Below, one piece after another: positions 33,314-41,784 of a DNA stretch of 46,261 nucleotides. The position numbers and the translations under genes are program-made. Every line of letters starts with the position of its first letter. Position 1 is the first letter of the stretch. Origin of the DNA: Thermoplasmata archaeon (GTDB lineage Archaea > Thermoplasmatota > Thermoplasmata > Lutacidiplasmatales > UBA184); assembly GCA_030039715.1 (NCBI GenBank), contig JASHVA010000033.1:1-46261 (forward strand). Direction: 5' to 3'. A model generated the notes under the pieces. The model made no database searches. It saw only the letters and a list, made by a program, of their open reading frames with translations, and was not told the DNA's origin.

Positions 33314-33509
33314 GCAGGAAGCGCTCCTGGCGACCGAGCAGGAGCTCGTCGCGGAGGTCGCGCGCACCCGCCGGGAGGAGGAGTACCTGCTGCTCAAGGT
33401 CCGGCAGGCCCGCGAGCAGGTACGGTACTACGAGCGGCTGCTCGAGCTCCTGAAGCGCGACTGGGCTCAGGACCCGGCCCTCGCGTCGATCGTGCGCCGG
33501 CTCGGCTAG
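33279..33509 (+). CDS. Small charged coiled-coil protein, unknown function
   Basis: 76 aa, GTG start. The start is immediately preceded by GGAGTTGATCC (33268-33278), 10/11 identical to the expected full SD GGAGGTGATCC. Overlaps the previous ORF by 35 nt. Confidence 0.5.
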   Translation: MPRRLLPSTTARQEALLATEQELVAEVARTRREEEYLLLKVRQAREQVRYYERLLELLKRDWAQDPALASIVRRLG

Positions 33510-33527
33510 CTCGCCCGGCGGCGCTCC

Positions 33528-34475
33528 GTGAAGCTCCTCGTGCTGGGGGCCGGCGCGGTGGGGTCGCTCCTGGCCGCGCGCCTCAGCGCGGCCGGTCACC
33601 CCGTAGAGCTCGTCGCCCGGCCCGACCACGCCGACGCGATCCGAGCCCGGGGACTGCGCGTGGTGGGGACGAGCCCGGGGACGTTCCATCCGAGCGCGCT
33701 CGACGACCTCGCGGAGGCCGCCCCCCCGGACGCGGTCCTCCTGACCGTGAAGACGTTCGACCTCGCCTCCGCGAGCGGGCGCCTCGCGCGCCGGTTCCCA
33801 CGGCTTCCGCCGACGCTCCTCCCGCAGAACGGCCTCGGCATCGAGCGGACGGTCGAAGCGGCGATCCGCGCCTCGGCCGGTGAAGACGCGGAGGCGGTGC
33901 TCGTCCGGGCCTCGAACTCGATCCCGGTCACGCTCGTCGGCCCCGGCGTCGTCCGCCAGGCCGGTGTGGGGGAAATCGTCCTCCGCGACCCGGCGTCCGG
34001 AGGTCCCGCGCGGGATGCGGCGGCGCTCTTCGTGACACTGCTCGATCGCGCCGGAATCCCGGTACGGCTCGTCGACGACCTCGAGCGCGAGCTGTGGCGG
34101 AAGGCGCTCATCAACGCGGCGATCAATCCGGTCACCGCCCTCCATCGGGTGCCGAACGGCCGATTGCTCGAGCTCCCGTACCGCGAGGAGGCGACCGGCC
34201 TCCTCCGCGAGGCGCAGCGCGCGGCCGCTCTCGCCGGTTTCGAGTTCTCGGACCGGGAAGCGGATGCCGACTTCGAACGGGTCGCCCGCGCGACCGCGGA
34301 GAATCGGTCGAGCATGCTGCAGGACCGGGACCGCGGCCGGCCGACGGAGGTCGATGCGATCTCGGGCGAGATCCTCCGCGTGGCGGTCGCCCAGGGAGTG
34401 GACCTCCCGCGCACGCGGGCGGTCGTCGAGCGGCTGCGTGCCACGGTCGGTGCGGCTCGGACCGAACCTTCTTAG
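33528..34475 (+). CDS. panE: 2-dehydropantoate 2-reductase (ketopantoate reductase)
   Basis: 315 aa, GTG start. MKLLVLGAGAVGS Rossmann motif, LLTVKTFD, LPQNGLG, and ELWRKALINAAINPVTAL, the PanE/ApbA signature. Confidence 0.88.
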   Translation: MKLLVLGAGAVGSLLAARLSAAGHPVELVARPDHADAIRARGLRVVGTSPGTFHPSALDDLAEAAPPDAVLLTVKTFDLASASGRLARRFPRLPPTLLPQNGLGIERTVEAAIRASAGEDAEAVLVRASNSIPVTLVGPGVVRQAGVGEIVLRDPASGGPARDAAALFVTLLDRAGIPVRLVDDLERELWRKALINAAINPVTALHRVPNGRLLELPYREEATGLLREAQRAAALAGFEFSDREADADFERVARATAENRSSMLQDRDRGRPTEVDAISGEILRVAVAQGVDLPRTRAVVERLRATVGAARTEPS

Positions 34476-34497
34476 CCGAACGGCTCTCCCCGGGCCG

Positions 34498-35679
34498 ATG
34501 GTCGCGAAGCGCGGCATCGGCGACGTCGCTCTCAAAGGACGACGGGTCCTGCTCCGAGTCGACTACAACGTTCCGCAGGACGCGAGCGGTCAGATCGCGG
34601 ACGACCGGCGCATCCAGGAGTCCCTGCCGACCCTGAACCACCTGCGGACCGCCGGCGCGCGCACGGTGCTCCTGTCCCACCTCGGCCGGCCGGGGGGCGA
34701 GCGGAATCCCCGGTTCTCCCTGAAGCCAGTCGCCCGCCGCCTCTCCTCGCTCCTCGGGCAGCCCGTGCCGATCGCGGAGGACATCGTCGGGATCCACGCG
34801 CTCGAGATGTCGGCCCGGATCGAGAACGGCCAGTTCCTCATGCTCGAGAACCTGCGCTTCCTCCCGGGGGAGGAGGCGAACGACCCCGCGTTCGCCGGCC
34901 AGCTGGCCCGGCTCGGAGAGCTGTTCGTCCAGGACGCGTTCGGCGTCGTCCACCGCACCCACGCCTCCACGGTCGGCGTGCCGAAGCGGCTGCCGTCCGT
35001 CGCCGGGCTCCTCGTGGAACGCGAAGTCCGGGAGCTCTCGCCGCTGGTCGATGCCCCCGAGCGGCCGTACGCGGTGATCGTCGGCGGGGCCAAGGTCGCG
35101 GACAAGCTGCCGCTGCTCGCGAGCTTCTGCGGACGGGCGGACCGGATCCTCCTCGGCGGAGCGCTCGCGTTCCCGTTCCTCCGGGCGTCAGGGGCGACCC
35201 TGGGCACGAGCCCGGTCGAGCAGGGGATGGAGCCGGCGATCGCCGAGCTGAACGCGCGCGCGAGCGAGGCGGGGACGTCGATCGAACTCCCGAGCGACCT
35301 CGTGTTCGAGCGACCCGGCGGGTCGCCGCCGGAGGTGGCGGCCGTCGGCGCGGTCCCGGCGGATGCCGCGGTCTACGACATCGGTCCCGCGACCCGGGCG
35401 CGGTTCCGGGCGGCCCTCGAGGGGACGCGCACCGTCTTCTGGAACGGCCCGCTTGGCCGCGCCGAGGACCCCCGCTTCGCCGCCGGGACCCGCGAGGTGC
35501 TCGGGGCGCTCGCCTCGGTGCGCGGTTACCACGTCGGGGCCGGCGGCGACTCCGCCCGGATCGCCCAGGACCTCGGCGTCATGGGCGGCTTCCAGTTCGT
35601 CTCGACCGGTGGGGGGGCCGCCCTCGAGTTCGTGCAGGGTCTCGAGCTGCCCGGTCTCGCGGTGCTCCCGAACGCCTAG
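34498..35679 (+). CDS. pgk: Phosphoglycerate kinase
   Basis: Internal ATG at 34498. RVLLRVDYNVP, RIQESLPT, LLSHLGRPGG, FLMLENLRF, FVQDAFGVVHR, VIVGGAKVADK, WNGPLG, STGGGA. Confidence 0.93.
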   Translation: MVAKRGIGDVALKGRRVLLRVDYNVPQDASGQIADDRRIQESLPTLNHLRTAGARTVLLSHLGRPGGERNPRFSLKPVARRLSSLLGQPVPIAEDIVGIHALEMSARIENGQFLMLENLRFLPGEEANDPAFAGQLARLGELFVQDAFGVVHRTHASTVGVPKRLPSVAGLLVEREVRELSPLVDAPERPYAVIVGGAKVADKLPLLASFCGRADRILLGGALAFPFLRASGATLGTSPVEQGMEPAIAELNARASEAGTSIELPSDLVFERPGGSPPEVAAVGAVPADAAVYDIGPATRARFRAALEGTRTVFWNGPLGRAEDPRFAAGTREVLGALASVRGYHVGAGGDSARIAQDLGVMGGFQFVSTGGGAALEFVQGLELPGLAVLPNA

Positions 35680-36058
35680 CACCGGCCCGGGCGGAGGGCG
35701 GCAGCGAGGCGCGGTCGAGCGTCGCCGTGAGGTATCGGAGGTAGGCCGGCGCTACCCGCGGGACGTCGACCTCCGCAATCTCGGGCACGGAGTACGGGTG
35801 GCCCTCGGCGAGGAATCGGAAGAGCGCACCGACCCGCTTCGGGACGGTCTTGAACAGCACGAGCGCCTCGCTCTCCGCGACCAGCCGGCCCTTCCAGAGA
35901 TACCGCGAGTCGACCGGCACGACGCTGCCGCACGCCGCGAGCCGCCGCCCGACCGCGCCGGCGACGGCGGCGAGCGCCCGCTCGCGGCTGGGGTACGTCG
36001 TGAGCACGAGCCGCATCGGCCCGCGCGCCCACTCCGGGTCCGCGGGGTACGGGCTCAT
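35579..36058 (-). CDS. cutA: CutA1 divalent-cation tolerance protein with an R/P/A-rich C-terminal extension
   Basis: RLVLTTYPS..LAACGSVVPVDSRYLWKGRLVAESEALVLFKT...GHPYSVPEI is the CutA1 pattern. ATG 36058 forms an ATGA overlap with the PolD DP1 stop. The last ~45 codons are low complexity and overlap the pgk 3' end. Confidence 0.8.
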   Translation of the reverse strand: MSPYPADPEWARGPMRLVLTTYPSRERALAAVAGAVGRRLAACGSVVPVDSRYLWKGRLVAESEALVLFKTVPKRVGALFRFLAEGHPYSVPEIAEVDVPRVAPAYLRYLTATLDRASLPPSARAGARRSGAPRDRAARDPARTRGRPPHRSRRTGSRP

Positions 36059-37563
36059 CCGGTGGCCCCGAGGGAGACCGGGTCGCCCGCCGAGAAGTCG
36101 AGGCTGACGAGGTCGAGGTTCGTCAGGTCGACCACGGCCGCCCGGGCCGGCACCGGGGAGATGTTGCGCATCCGCTGGTACTCCGTCTCCGCCTGCCAGG
36201 TCGACGCGTTGAGGAGGAGGACGCCGCGGTATCGGTCGGCGCCGTAGGTGTGCGCGTGACCGGTCACGAGGATGTCCGGCGCGGGGTCGACGACGAGCCC
36301 GTCGCGCGGGAGCGGGGAGAGCGGCGTCCGGTCCCCGTAGATCGGAGCGAGATGGCGCATCTGCAGCATCCGCTTCATCACGTCGGTCGGGCGCGCGTAC
36401 GTCGCCCCCGGGATTGCCGGGATGAGGTCGTCGAAGCTCCGGCCGTGGTAGGCCTCGACGACGACCCCGTGGAGCGCGAACGTCGACGGGTTCGCGAGAG
36501 AGTGGACGTTCGCGGGCAGGGCGGCGCGCAGGGGCGCGGGGAGCGCCGGCTGCGGCTCGGCAGGACAGACGGCGTCGTGGTTCCCCGGGACGACGACGAT
36601 CGAGAGGCGCGACGGGAGCTCCGAAAGGCGGCGACCGAGCTCCGCGTACTGCTCCACCACGTCCGCGATCGCGAGGTCGCGCTCCTGCTGCGGGTAGACG
36701 CCGATCCCGTCGACGAGGTCGCCCGCGACGACGACGTGCTCGATCTCGGCCGCCATCTCGGCGAGCGGGCCGCGGCCCCGCAGGAAGTCGACGAGGTGGC
36801 CCCAGCTCTCGGAGAGGAACGAGCGGCTCCCCACGTGGAGGTCGGAGAGGAAAATCGCCCGCCGGCGACGGGCCGAACGCCCGACCGGCCGAGCGGTCGG
36901 GACGTCGGGCCGCTCCACCGCGAGCACGCGGGCGAGCTTTCCGGCCTCTCGCGCCGGCTGGAGCTTGAGCCCGACGACCTCGTCGGGCAGGAACGACGTC
37001 TTCGCGGCCGGAGAGTCCTGGGGCACGAGGACCTCGAGCGAGCCCGACTCGTCGTCGACCGTCAGGAGGAGGTGGTGTCGCTTCGAGGTCGTCCGCACCT
37101 CCCGGACGAGGCCGATCACCGACGCCGGACCGTCACCGGACCGCAAGGCCGCGATCGGCCGGAGGTTCCCGAGCTCGGGCCGTCCGCGCAGGAGGCGGGC
37201 GAGGCTCCGGTACCTCGACTGGAAGAGCGAGGAGTACGCCGCCAGGGCGTCCGAAGCGACCGGGGGTCCGACGAAACCCTCCTGGATCAACTCGAACGGT
37301 ATCTCAACGCGTACGTCCTCGCGTCGCGCGGCGGGCTTGAGACCCGCCAGCGCGCTCGGGTGCGGGGGCTCCCGCGCGGCGATTGCGCGCTCGACCATCT
37401 CGACCGTAACGAAGGGCGAGCCGCTCCCGGGGGTCTCCACGACCTCTCGCGAGACGAGGAGCGGATGGCTCTGGGCCAGGAGCAGCTGGAGCGCCCCAGC
37501 CTCGACGAGGCGGTGGTGCTCCTCGAAGTAGGCGACCAGATGCTCGCGCAAACTGTCGGCCAC
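36055..37563 (-). CDS. DNA polymerase D (Pol II) small subunit DP1
   Basis: 502 aa. OB-fold region, then the calcineurin-like phosphoesterase motifs FLSDLHVGS, VAGDLVDG, VPGNHD, GHAH. Confidence 0.92.
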   Translation of the reverse strand: MADSLREHLVAYFEEHHRLVEAGALQLLLAQSHPLLVSREVVETPGSGSPFVTVEMVERAIAAREPPHPSALAGLKPAARREDVRVEIPFELIQEGFVGPPVASDALAAYSSLFQSRYRSLARLLRGRPELGNLRPIAALRSGDGPASVIGLVREVRTTSKRHHLLLTVDDESGSLEVLVPQDSPAAKTSFLPDEVVGLKLQPAREAGKLARVLAVERPDVPTARPVGRSARRRRAIFLSDLHVGSRSFLSESWGHLVDFLRGRGPLAEMAAEIEHVVVAGDLVDGIGVYPQQERDLAIADVVEQYAELGRRLSELPSRLSIVVVPGNHDAVCPAEPQPALPAPLRAALPANVHSLANPSTFALHGVVVEAYHGRSFDDLIPAIPGATYARPTDVMKRMLQMRHLAPIYGDRTPLSPLPRDGLVVDPAPDILVTGHAHTYGADRYRGVLLLNASTWQAETEYQRMRNISPVPARAAVVDLTNLDLVSLDFSAGDPVSLGATG

Positions 37564-37671
37564 GAGGCGTTCCCCTGCGCGAGCGGACGCGACCCGGCGG
37601 TCGGCCGCGAGCGCCCGGACTCGGCGGCGGAGGCCGACCGGGTTATTTCAAGGCTTGCGCGCGCGCGGGCC

Positions 37672-38340
37672 TCAGCGGTACGATTCCTTCGCGTACGACG
37701 CGCCCTTCGGGTACTTCTCCTTGAGGTGCGCGACGAACTTCTCCGGCGTCTTTTCGAGGTGGGCGGCGTACCACTGCACGACCACGTCGCGCAGCACCTT
37801 GTGGAGCTCCTTGACGTCCGCCTCCTCTTCCGCGGCGTCGTAGAGCACGGCCTGGCTCATCATCCGCATCCAGCCGGAGTAGCGGTGGTAGCTCTCGCCG
37901 TCGCACCACTCGAAGATCGAACGGACGTGCGTCTTCCCCTCCGGGGTGCGGTAGTACCACGTACGCAGCGTGAAGCCGACCCATCCGGACGCCCGGTCCG
38001 CGAGCTCGATCGTCTTGACGGCGCCGAAGTCGAAGCTGTCGCGGAACGTCCAGGTCGTGGGGTACTCGACGAACGTCGCGAACAGCGTCTGCGACGGGTC
38101 GATCGTGAGGTGGACCCCGATCTCCTCGAACTGGTTGTGGACCTCCCAGAGGTCCTGGAGGAGGCGTTGGTTCAGCTTGGCCCGGTGCGTGACGTCCTCC
38201 CCCGTCTTCGCGCCCGCGGCCTGCTGGGTCCGAACCAGCTCGCTCTTGAGCGAGCTCACGAAGTCGTCCTCCGGTTTCGACTCCACGGCCGGGACTTCGG
38301 GGTTCGGGTCCGGCGCAGCCTTACGTGCTCGACGTGCCAT
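37672..38340 (-). CDS. Hypothetical protein (222 aa), Trp/Tyr-rich, no family recognised
   Basis: Clean coding composition (..LWEVHNQFEEIGVHLTIDPSQTLFATFVEYPTTWTFRDSFDFGAVKTIEL..WYYRTPEGKTHVRSIFEWCDGESYHRYSGWMRMM..). TATA-like CTTTATATC at about 38374-38382 lies 35-40 nt upstream of the ATG. Confidence 0.7.
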   Translation of the reverse strand: MARRARKAAPDPNPEVPAVESKPEDDFVSSLKSELVRTQQAAGAKTGEDVTHRAKLNQRLLQDLWEVHNQFEEIGVHLTIDPSQTLFATFVEYPTTWTFRDSFDFGAVKTIELADRASGWVGFTLRTWYYRTPEGKTHVRSIFEWCDGESYHRYSGWMRMMSQAVLYDAAEEEADVKELHKVLRDVVVQWYAAHLEKTPEKFVAHLKEKYPKGASYAKESYR

Positions 38341-38653
38341 GAGAAGCGACTCCGGCGCGGTCTATCGGGGTCCGATATAAAGAGTGTATTCCTCCAGCGG
38401 CGATTTTCTCGCCGGCGGCGCGGAGGTCGTCCGAACTCCGCGGTTTCGACCGCTTGCCCCGCCACCCCGTCCCTTAAATACCCACCCCGGATGTTGTCGT
38501 TTGGAAGGACATTCCCGGAGGCGGACGGAGGCAAGCTCCGAACGTCGCCAGGAGATCCCGGACTCACGACTCATGCTCCGCCCCTTCGTCTGTCGTAGGC
38601 TCGGCGAATCGCCCGGCGTCGCTCGGCGCTGCTGACTCCTCCTCGGGGAAGGC

Positions 38654-38670
38654 CTCCCGCAGTGCGGGAG
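38654..38670 (+). promoter_or_regulatory. Perfect hairpin CTCCCGC-AGT-GCGGGAG in the dnaG leader, flanked by GGAAGG / CCTTCC
   Basis: Read directly. The outer GGAAGG (38647-52) pairs with CCTTCC (38676-81). The SD-like GAAGGAG (38682-88) and ATG 38701 follow immediately. Confidence 0.45.
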
Positions 38671-38700
38671 ATTCACCTTCCGAAGGAGCAACAGAAACCC

Positions 38701-40035
38701 ATGACCAACGACCCCAGCGCCGCGAAATACCAAGTACGAGCCCGGATCGCCGCCGAAGGCGTCATCGACAAGCCCGACGTCGTCGGCGCGGTCTTCGGAC
38801 AGACCGAGGGCCTGCTCGGCGACGAGCTCGACCTGAGGGACCTGCAGAAGTCCGGCCGCATCGGCCGGATCGAGGTCGAGATCGACAGCCGCAAGGGAAA
38901 GAGCGAGGGCGAGATCGTCATCCCGTCGTCGCTCGACCAGGTGGAGACCGCGATCCTCGCCTCCGCGCTCGAGACCGTCGACCGCATCGGCCCGTGCCGG
39001 GCGAAGATCGAGGTCGTCAGCGTCGAAGACATCCGCATCTCGAAGCGCCAGAAGGTCGTCGACCGCGCGAAGGAGATCCTCGCCCGGCTCCAGGAGGAGT
39101 CGAAGGGCGTCGGGATCGACCTCACCGAGGCCGTCCGCAAGGGCGTCCAGGTCGACGAGATAACGACCTACGGCCCGGAGCATCTCCCCGCCGGCCCGAA
39201 CATCGACCAGGCCGACGCGCTCATCGTCGTCGAAGGCCGCTCGGACGTCCTGAACCTCCTGCGGTGCGGCATCAAGAACGTCATCGCGGTCGAGGGGACG
39301 AGCGTCCCGCAGACCGTGAAGGACCTCTCCCGCGGAAAGACGGTCACCGCGTTCACGGACGGCGACCGCGCCGGCGAACTGATCCTGCGCGAGATGCTGC
39401 AGACGATGGACCTCGATTTCGTCGCCCGCGCGCCGCGCGGGAGCGAGGTCGAGGAGCTGACGCAGAAGCAGCTCCTGAAGTGCCTCCGGAACAAGATCCC
39501 GATCAACCAGTACCTGGAGATGAGCGGGTTCGAGTCGACCGGAGCGACGCGCGAGCCGCGGGACGACCGCGGCGAGCGCAACGAGCGGCGGGACGACCGC
39601 CGCGACGACCGGAACTCCGAGCGCGGACGCCGCGACGACCGCGAGCGCGAACGCGAGCGGATGCCGCCGCCCGAGCGGCTGCCCCCGCCCCCGCCGCCTC
39701 CGGCGGCGGCCTCGCCGCTCCCGCCGGACCTCCAGCGGTACTTCGACCTCCTCGGCGGCGTCGAGAACGCCTCGCGCGCGATCTTCGTGGGCGAGGACGA
39801 CTCCGTAGTCGGCGAGGCGCCGATCAAGGAGATGTTCGACGCGATCGCGACCCTCCCCGCCCAGGCGAAGGCCGTCATCTTCGACGGCATCGTGAGCCAG
39901 CGGCTCCTCGACGTCGCCCAGGAGAAGGGGATCGGCACCGTCGTCGCGACCCGATTGGGACCGGTCGGAAAGATACCGGAATCGCTGCGGATCTACACGA
40001 AGGCCGACCTCGCCGGACCGAGCGGTCCGCGGTAG
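38701..40035 (+). CDS. dnaG: Archaeal DnaG primase-like Toprim protein (exosome-associated DnaG)
   Basis: ATG 38701 gives MTNDPSAAKYQVRARIAAEGVIDKPDVVGAVFGQTEGLLGDELDLRDLQKSGRIGRI, the archaeal DnaG N-domain. Toprim motifs are IVVEGRSDV and FTDGDRAGE. An R/D/E-rich plus poly-Pro insert precedes the C-terminal domain. Confidence 0.9.
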   Translation: MTNDPSAAKYQVRARIAAEGVIDKPDVVGAVFGQTEGLLGDELDLRDLQKSGRIGRIEVEIDSRKGKSEGEIVIPSSLDQVETAILASALETVDRIGPCRAKIEVVSVEDIRISKRQKVVDRAKEILARLQEESKGVGIDLTEAVRKGVQVDEITTYGPEHLPAGPNIDQADALIVVEGRSDVLNLLRCGIKNVIAVEGTSVPQTVKDLSRGKTVTAFTDGDRAGELILREMLQTMDLDFVARAPRGSEVEELTQKQLLKCLRNKIPINQYLEMSGFESTGATREPRDDRGERNERRDDRRDDRNSERGRRDDRERERERMPPPERLPPPPPPPAAASPLPPDLQRYFDLLGGVENASRAIFVGEDDSVVGEAPIKEMFDAIATLPAQAKAVIFDGIVSQRLLDVAQEKGIGTVVATRLGPVGKIPESLRIYTKADLAGPSGPR

Positions 40036-40127
40036 GTCGGCGCCCCGGCACCGCACGCGGCGCCGCGGGTCCCTCCGGGGCCCGCGGCGAACCTCTTTTG
40101 ACGACTCTCCCGCTTTCGGAGAGCACC

Positions 40128-41675
40128 GTGAGCACGACGAACGGCGAGCCGCAGCGGCGCCCGCCGCTCGCGGTCAACGAGATCGAGACGACCGCCGACA
40201 TCCCCATCCCGACCGACCCGCTCGCGCGGGTCATCGGCCAGGAGAAGGCGGTCGAGATCGCCCGGATCGCCGCGTACCAGCACCGGCACCTCCTCCTCGT
40301 CGGACCGCCGGGCGTCGGGAAGTCGATGACGGCGCAGGCGCTCGCTCTCCACCTCGACCGGCCCCGGACCGAGCTGCGCGTCGTGCACAACCCCGAGAAC
40401 CCCGAGCGGCCGAGCATCGAGGTCGTTTCCCGCGAGGAGGTCTACCGCGAACGCGAGGCGGCTCGCTCGGTCGAGGGCGAGCTGATCCAACCGACCGACG
40501 CCCCGGCCTCCGTCGCCGAGCGGCTCGGCTACCGGTGCCCGCGCTGCAGCTTCTACTCCCTGCCGACCGAGCGGTTCTGCCCGAGCTGCGGCAACGTGAA
40601 GCAGGTGATCCCCGGCGGAGCCGGGAGCGGCAACCCGTTCCGGGACCTCGTGGGGGGGATCCTCGAGCTCACCGCCTCCCCCGGCGGCAACCCGCAGGAG
40701 AGCGTCCGTACGACGCGCCTGCGGAACGGCGTCGAGGAGGTCGTCGCCTACGAGCGGGCCGGCGACAAGATCAAGGTCCTCGACCAGCGGGCGCTCGAGC
40801 GACGCCGGACGCTCCAGCACGAGAGCCCGCGCAAGGTCCTCGTCAAGCTCGACCGGAACACGTTCGTGATGGCGACGGGCGCGAGCGAGACCGAGCTGCT
40901 CGGAGACGTCCGCCACGACCCGTACGGCGGGCATCCCCAGCTTGGGACGCTCCCCTACGAGCGCGTGATCGCGGGCGCGATCCACGAGGCGCACGACGGC
41001 GTGCTCTTCCTCGACGAGCTGCCGCACCTCGGCTTCCTCCAGCGGCACATCCTCACCGCGATGCAGGAGAAGCGATTCCCCATCACCGGCCGCAACCCGC
41101 AGTCCGGCGGGGCGGCCGTGCGGGTCGACAACGTCCCGTGCGACTTCATCCTCGTCGCGGCGGCCAACATCCAGGACATCCACCGGATCCTCTCGCCGCT
41201 CCGCTCGCGGATCGCGGGCAGTGGCTACGAGGTCCTGCTCGAAACGACGATGCCCGACTCGGACGCGAACCGCGTGCGGCTCGCCCAGTTCTGCGCCCAG
41301 GAGATCGCGGCGGACGGACGGATCCGTCCCGCGACGCGCGACGCCGTCCTCGAGCTGATCCAGGAGGCCCGGCGCCGGGCCGAGGCGCTCGACGGCCGCC
41401 GCAACGCCCTCACGCTCCGGCTCCGCGAGCTCGGAGGACTCATCCGGACCGCGGGGGACCTCGCCGCGGTGGCGGGCAGCACGTACCTCGAGGCGGCCCA
41501 CGTCCGCGAGGCGCTCGCGCGCGCCCGCTCGATCGAGGAGCAGATCAAGGAGGCGTACGGTTCGCTCCAGGGCGGCCTCCGCCAGGAGACGACCGAGGCG
41601 CAGCGCCAGTCGATGGGCTACTACCACTGGAACGACCACCCGGACCCGGGCCAGTTCCCGGGCGGGTACGGCTAA
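40128..41675 (+). CDS. LonB-like AAA+ ATPase lacking both a membrane insertion and a protease domain; carries a zinc-ribbon insert
   Basis: GTG 40128 is preceded by GGAGAG (TTG 40098 is an alternative). VIGQEKAVEIARIAAYQHRHLLLVGPPGVGKSM, LLGDVRHDPYGG, GVLFLDELPHL, LTAMQEKRFPITG, VPCDFILVAAAN and LRSRI are all LonB AAA+ hallmarks. CPRC..(13)..CPSC lies between Walker A and B. The ORF ends about 60 aa after the alpha-helical lid. Confidence 0.85.
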   Translation: MSTTNGEPQRRPPLAVNEIETTADIPIPTDPLARVIGQEKAVEIARIAAYQHRHLLLVGPPGVGKSMTAQALALHLDRPRTELRVVHNPENPERPSIEVVSREEVYREREAARSVEGELIQPTDAPASVAERLGYRCPRCSFYSLPTERFCPSCGNVKQVIPGGAGSGNPFRDLVGGILELTASPGGNPQESVRTTRLRNGVEEVVAYERAGDKIKVLDQRALERRRTLQHESPRKVLVKLDRNTFVMATGASETELLGDVRHDPYGGHPQLGTLPYERVIAGAIHEAHDGVLFLDELPHLGFLQRHILTAMQEKRFPITGRNPQSGGAAVRVDNVPCDFILVAAANIQDIHRILSPLRSRIAGSGYEVLLETTMPDSDANRVRLAQFCAQEIAADGRIRPATRDAVLELIQEARRRAEALDGRRNALTLRLRELGGLIRTAGDLAAVAGSTYLEAAHVREALARARSIEEQIKEAYGSLQGGLRQETTEAQRQSMGYYHWNDHPDPGQFPGGYG

Positions 41676-41784
41676 CCGGCCCGGTCCGCCCCCCGAGTCG
41701 GGAGCGATTCGGGACCGATTCCGGTGTCTTCCTCTACAACCCGCATGGACTAGGCCGCCCCTCCCGGAATCTGGAGGTGAAGCG

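Noticed and set aside
36250-38598. 782-aa plus-strand ORF
   Set aside because: Antisense to PolD DP1 and the 222-aa protein. The sequence is low complexity and rich in R/E/D/G.
38384-38635. 83-aa plus-strand ORF and the 35-codon ATG 38491 ORF in the dnaG upstream spacer
   Set aside because: The composition is non-coding-like (R/P/S-rich). ATG 38491 lies too close to the candidate TATA element. The region is treated as a leader or ncRNA candidate instead.
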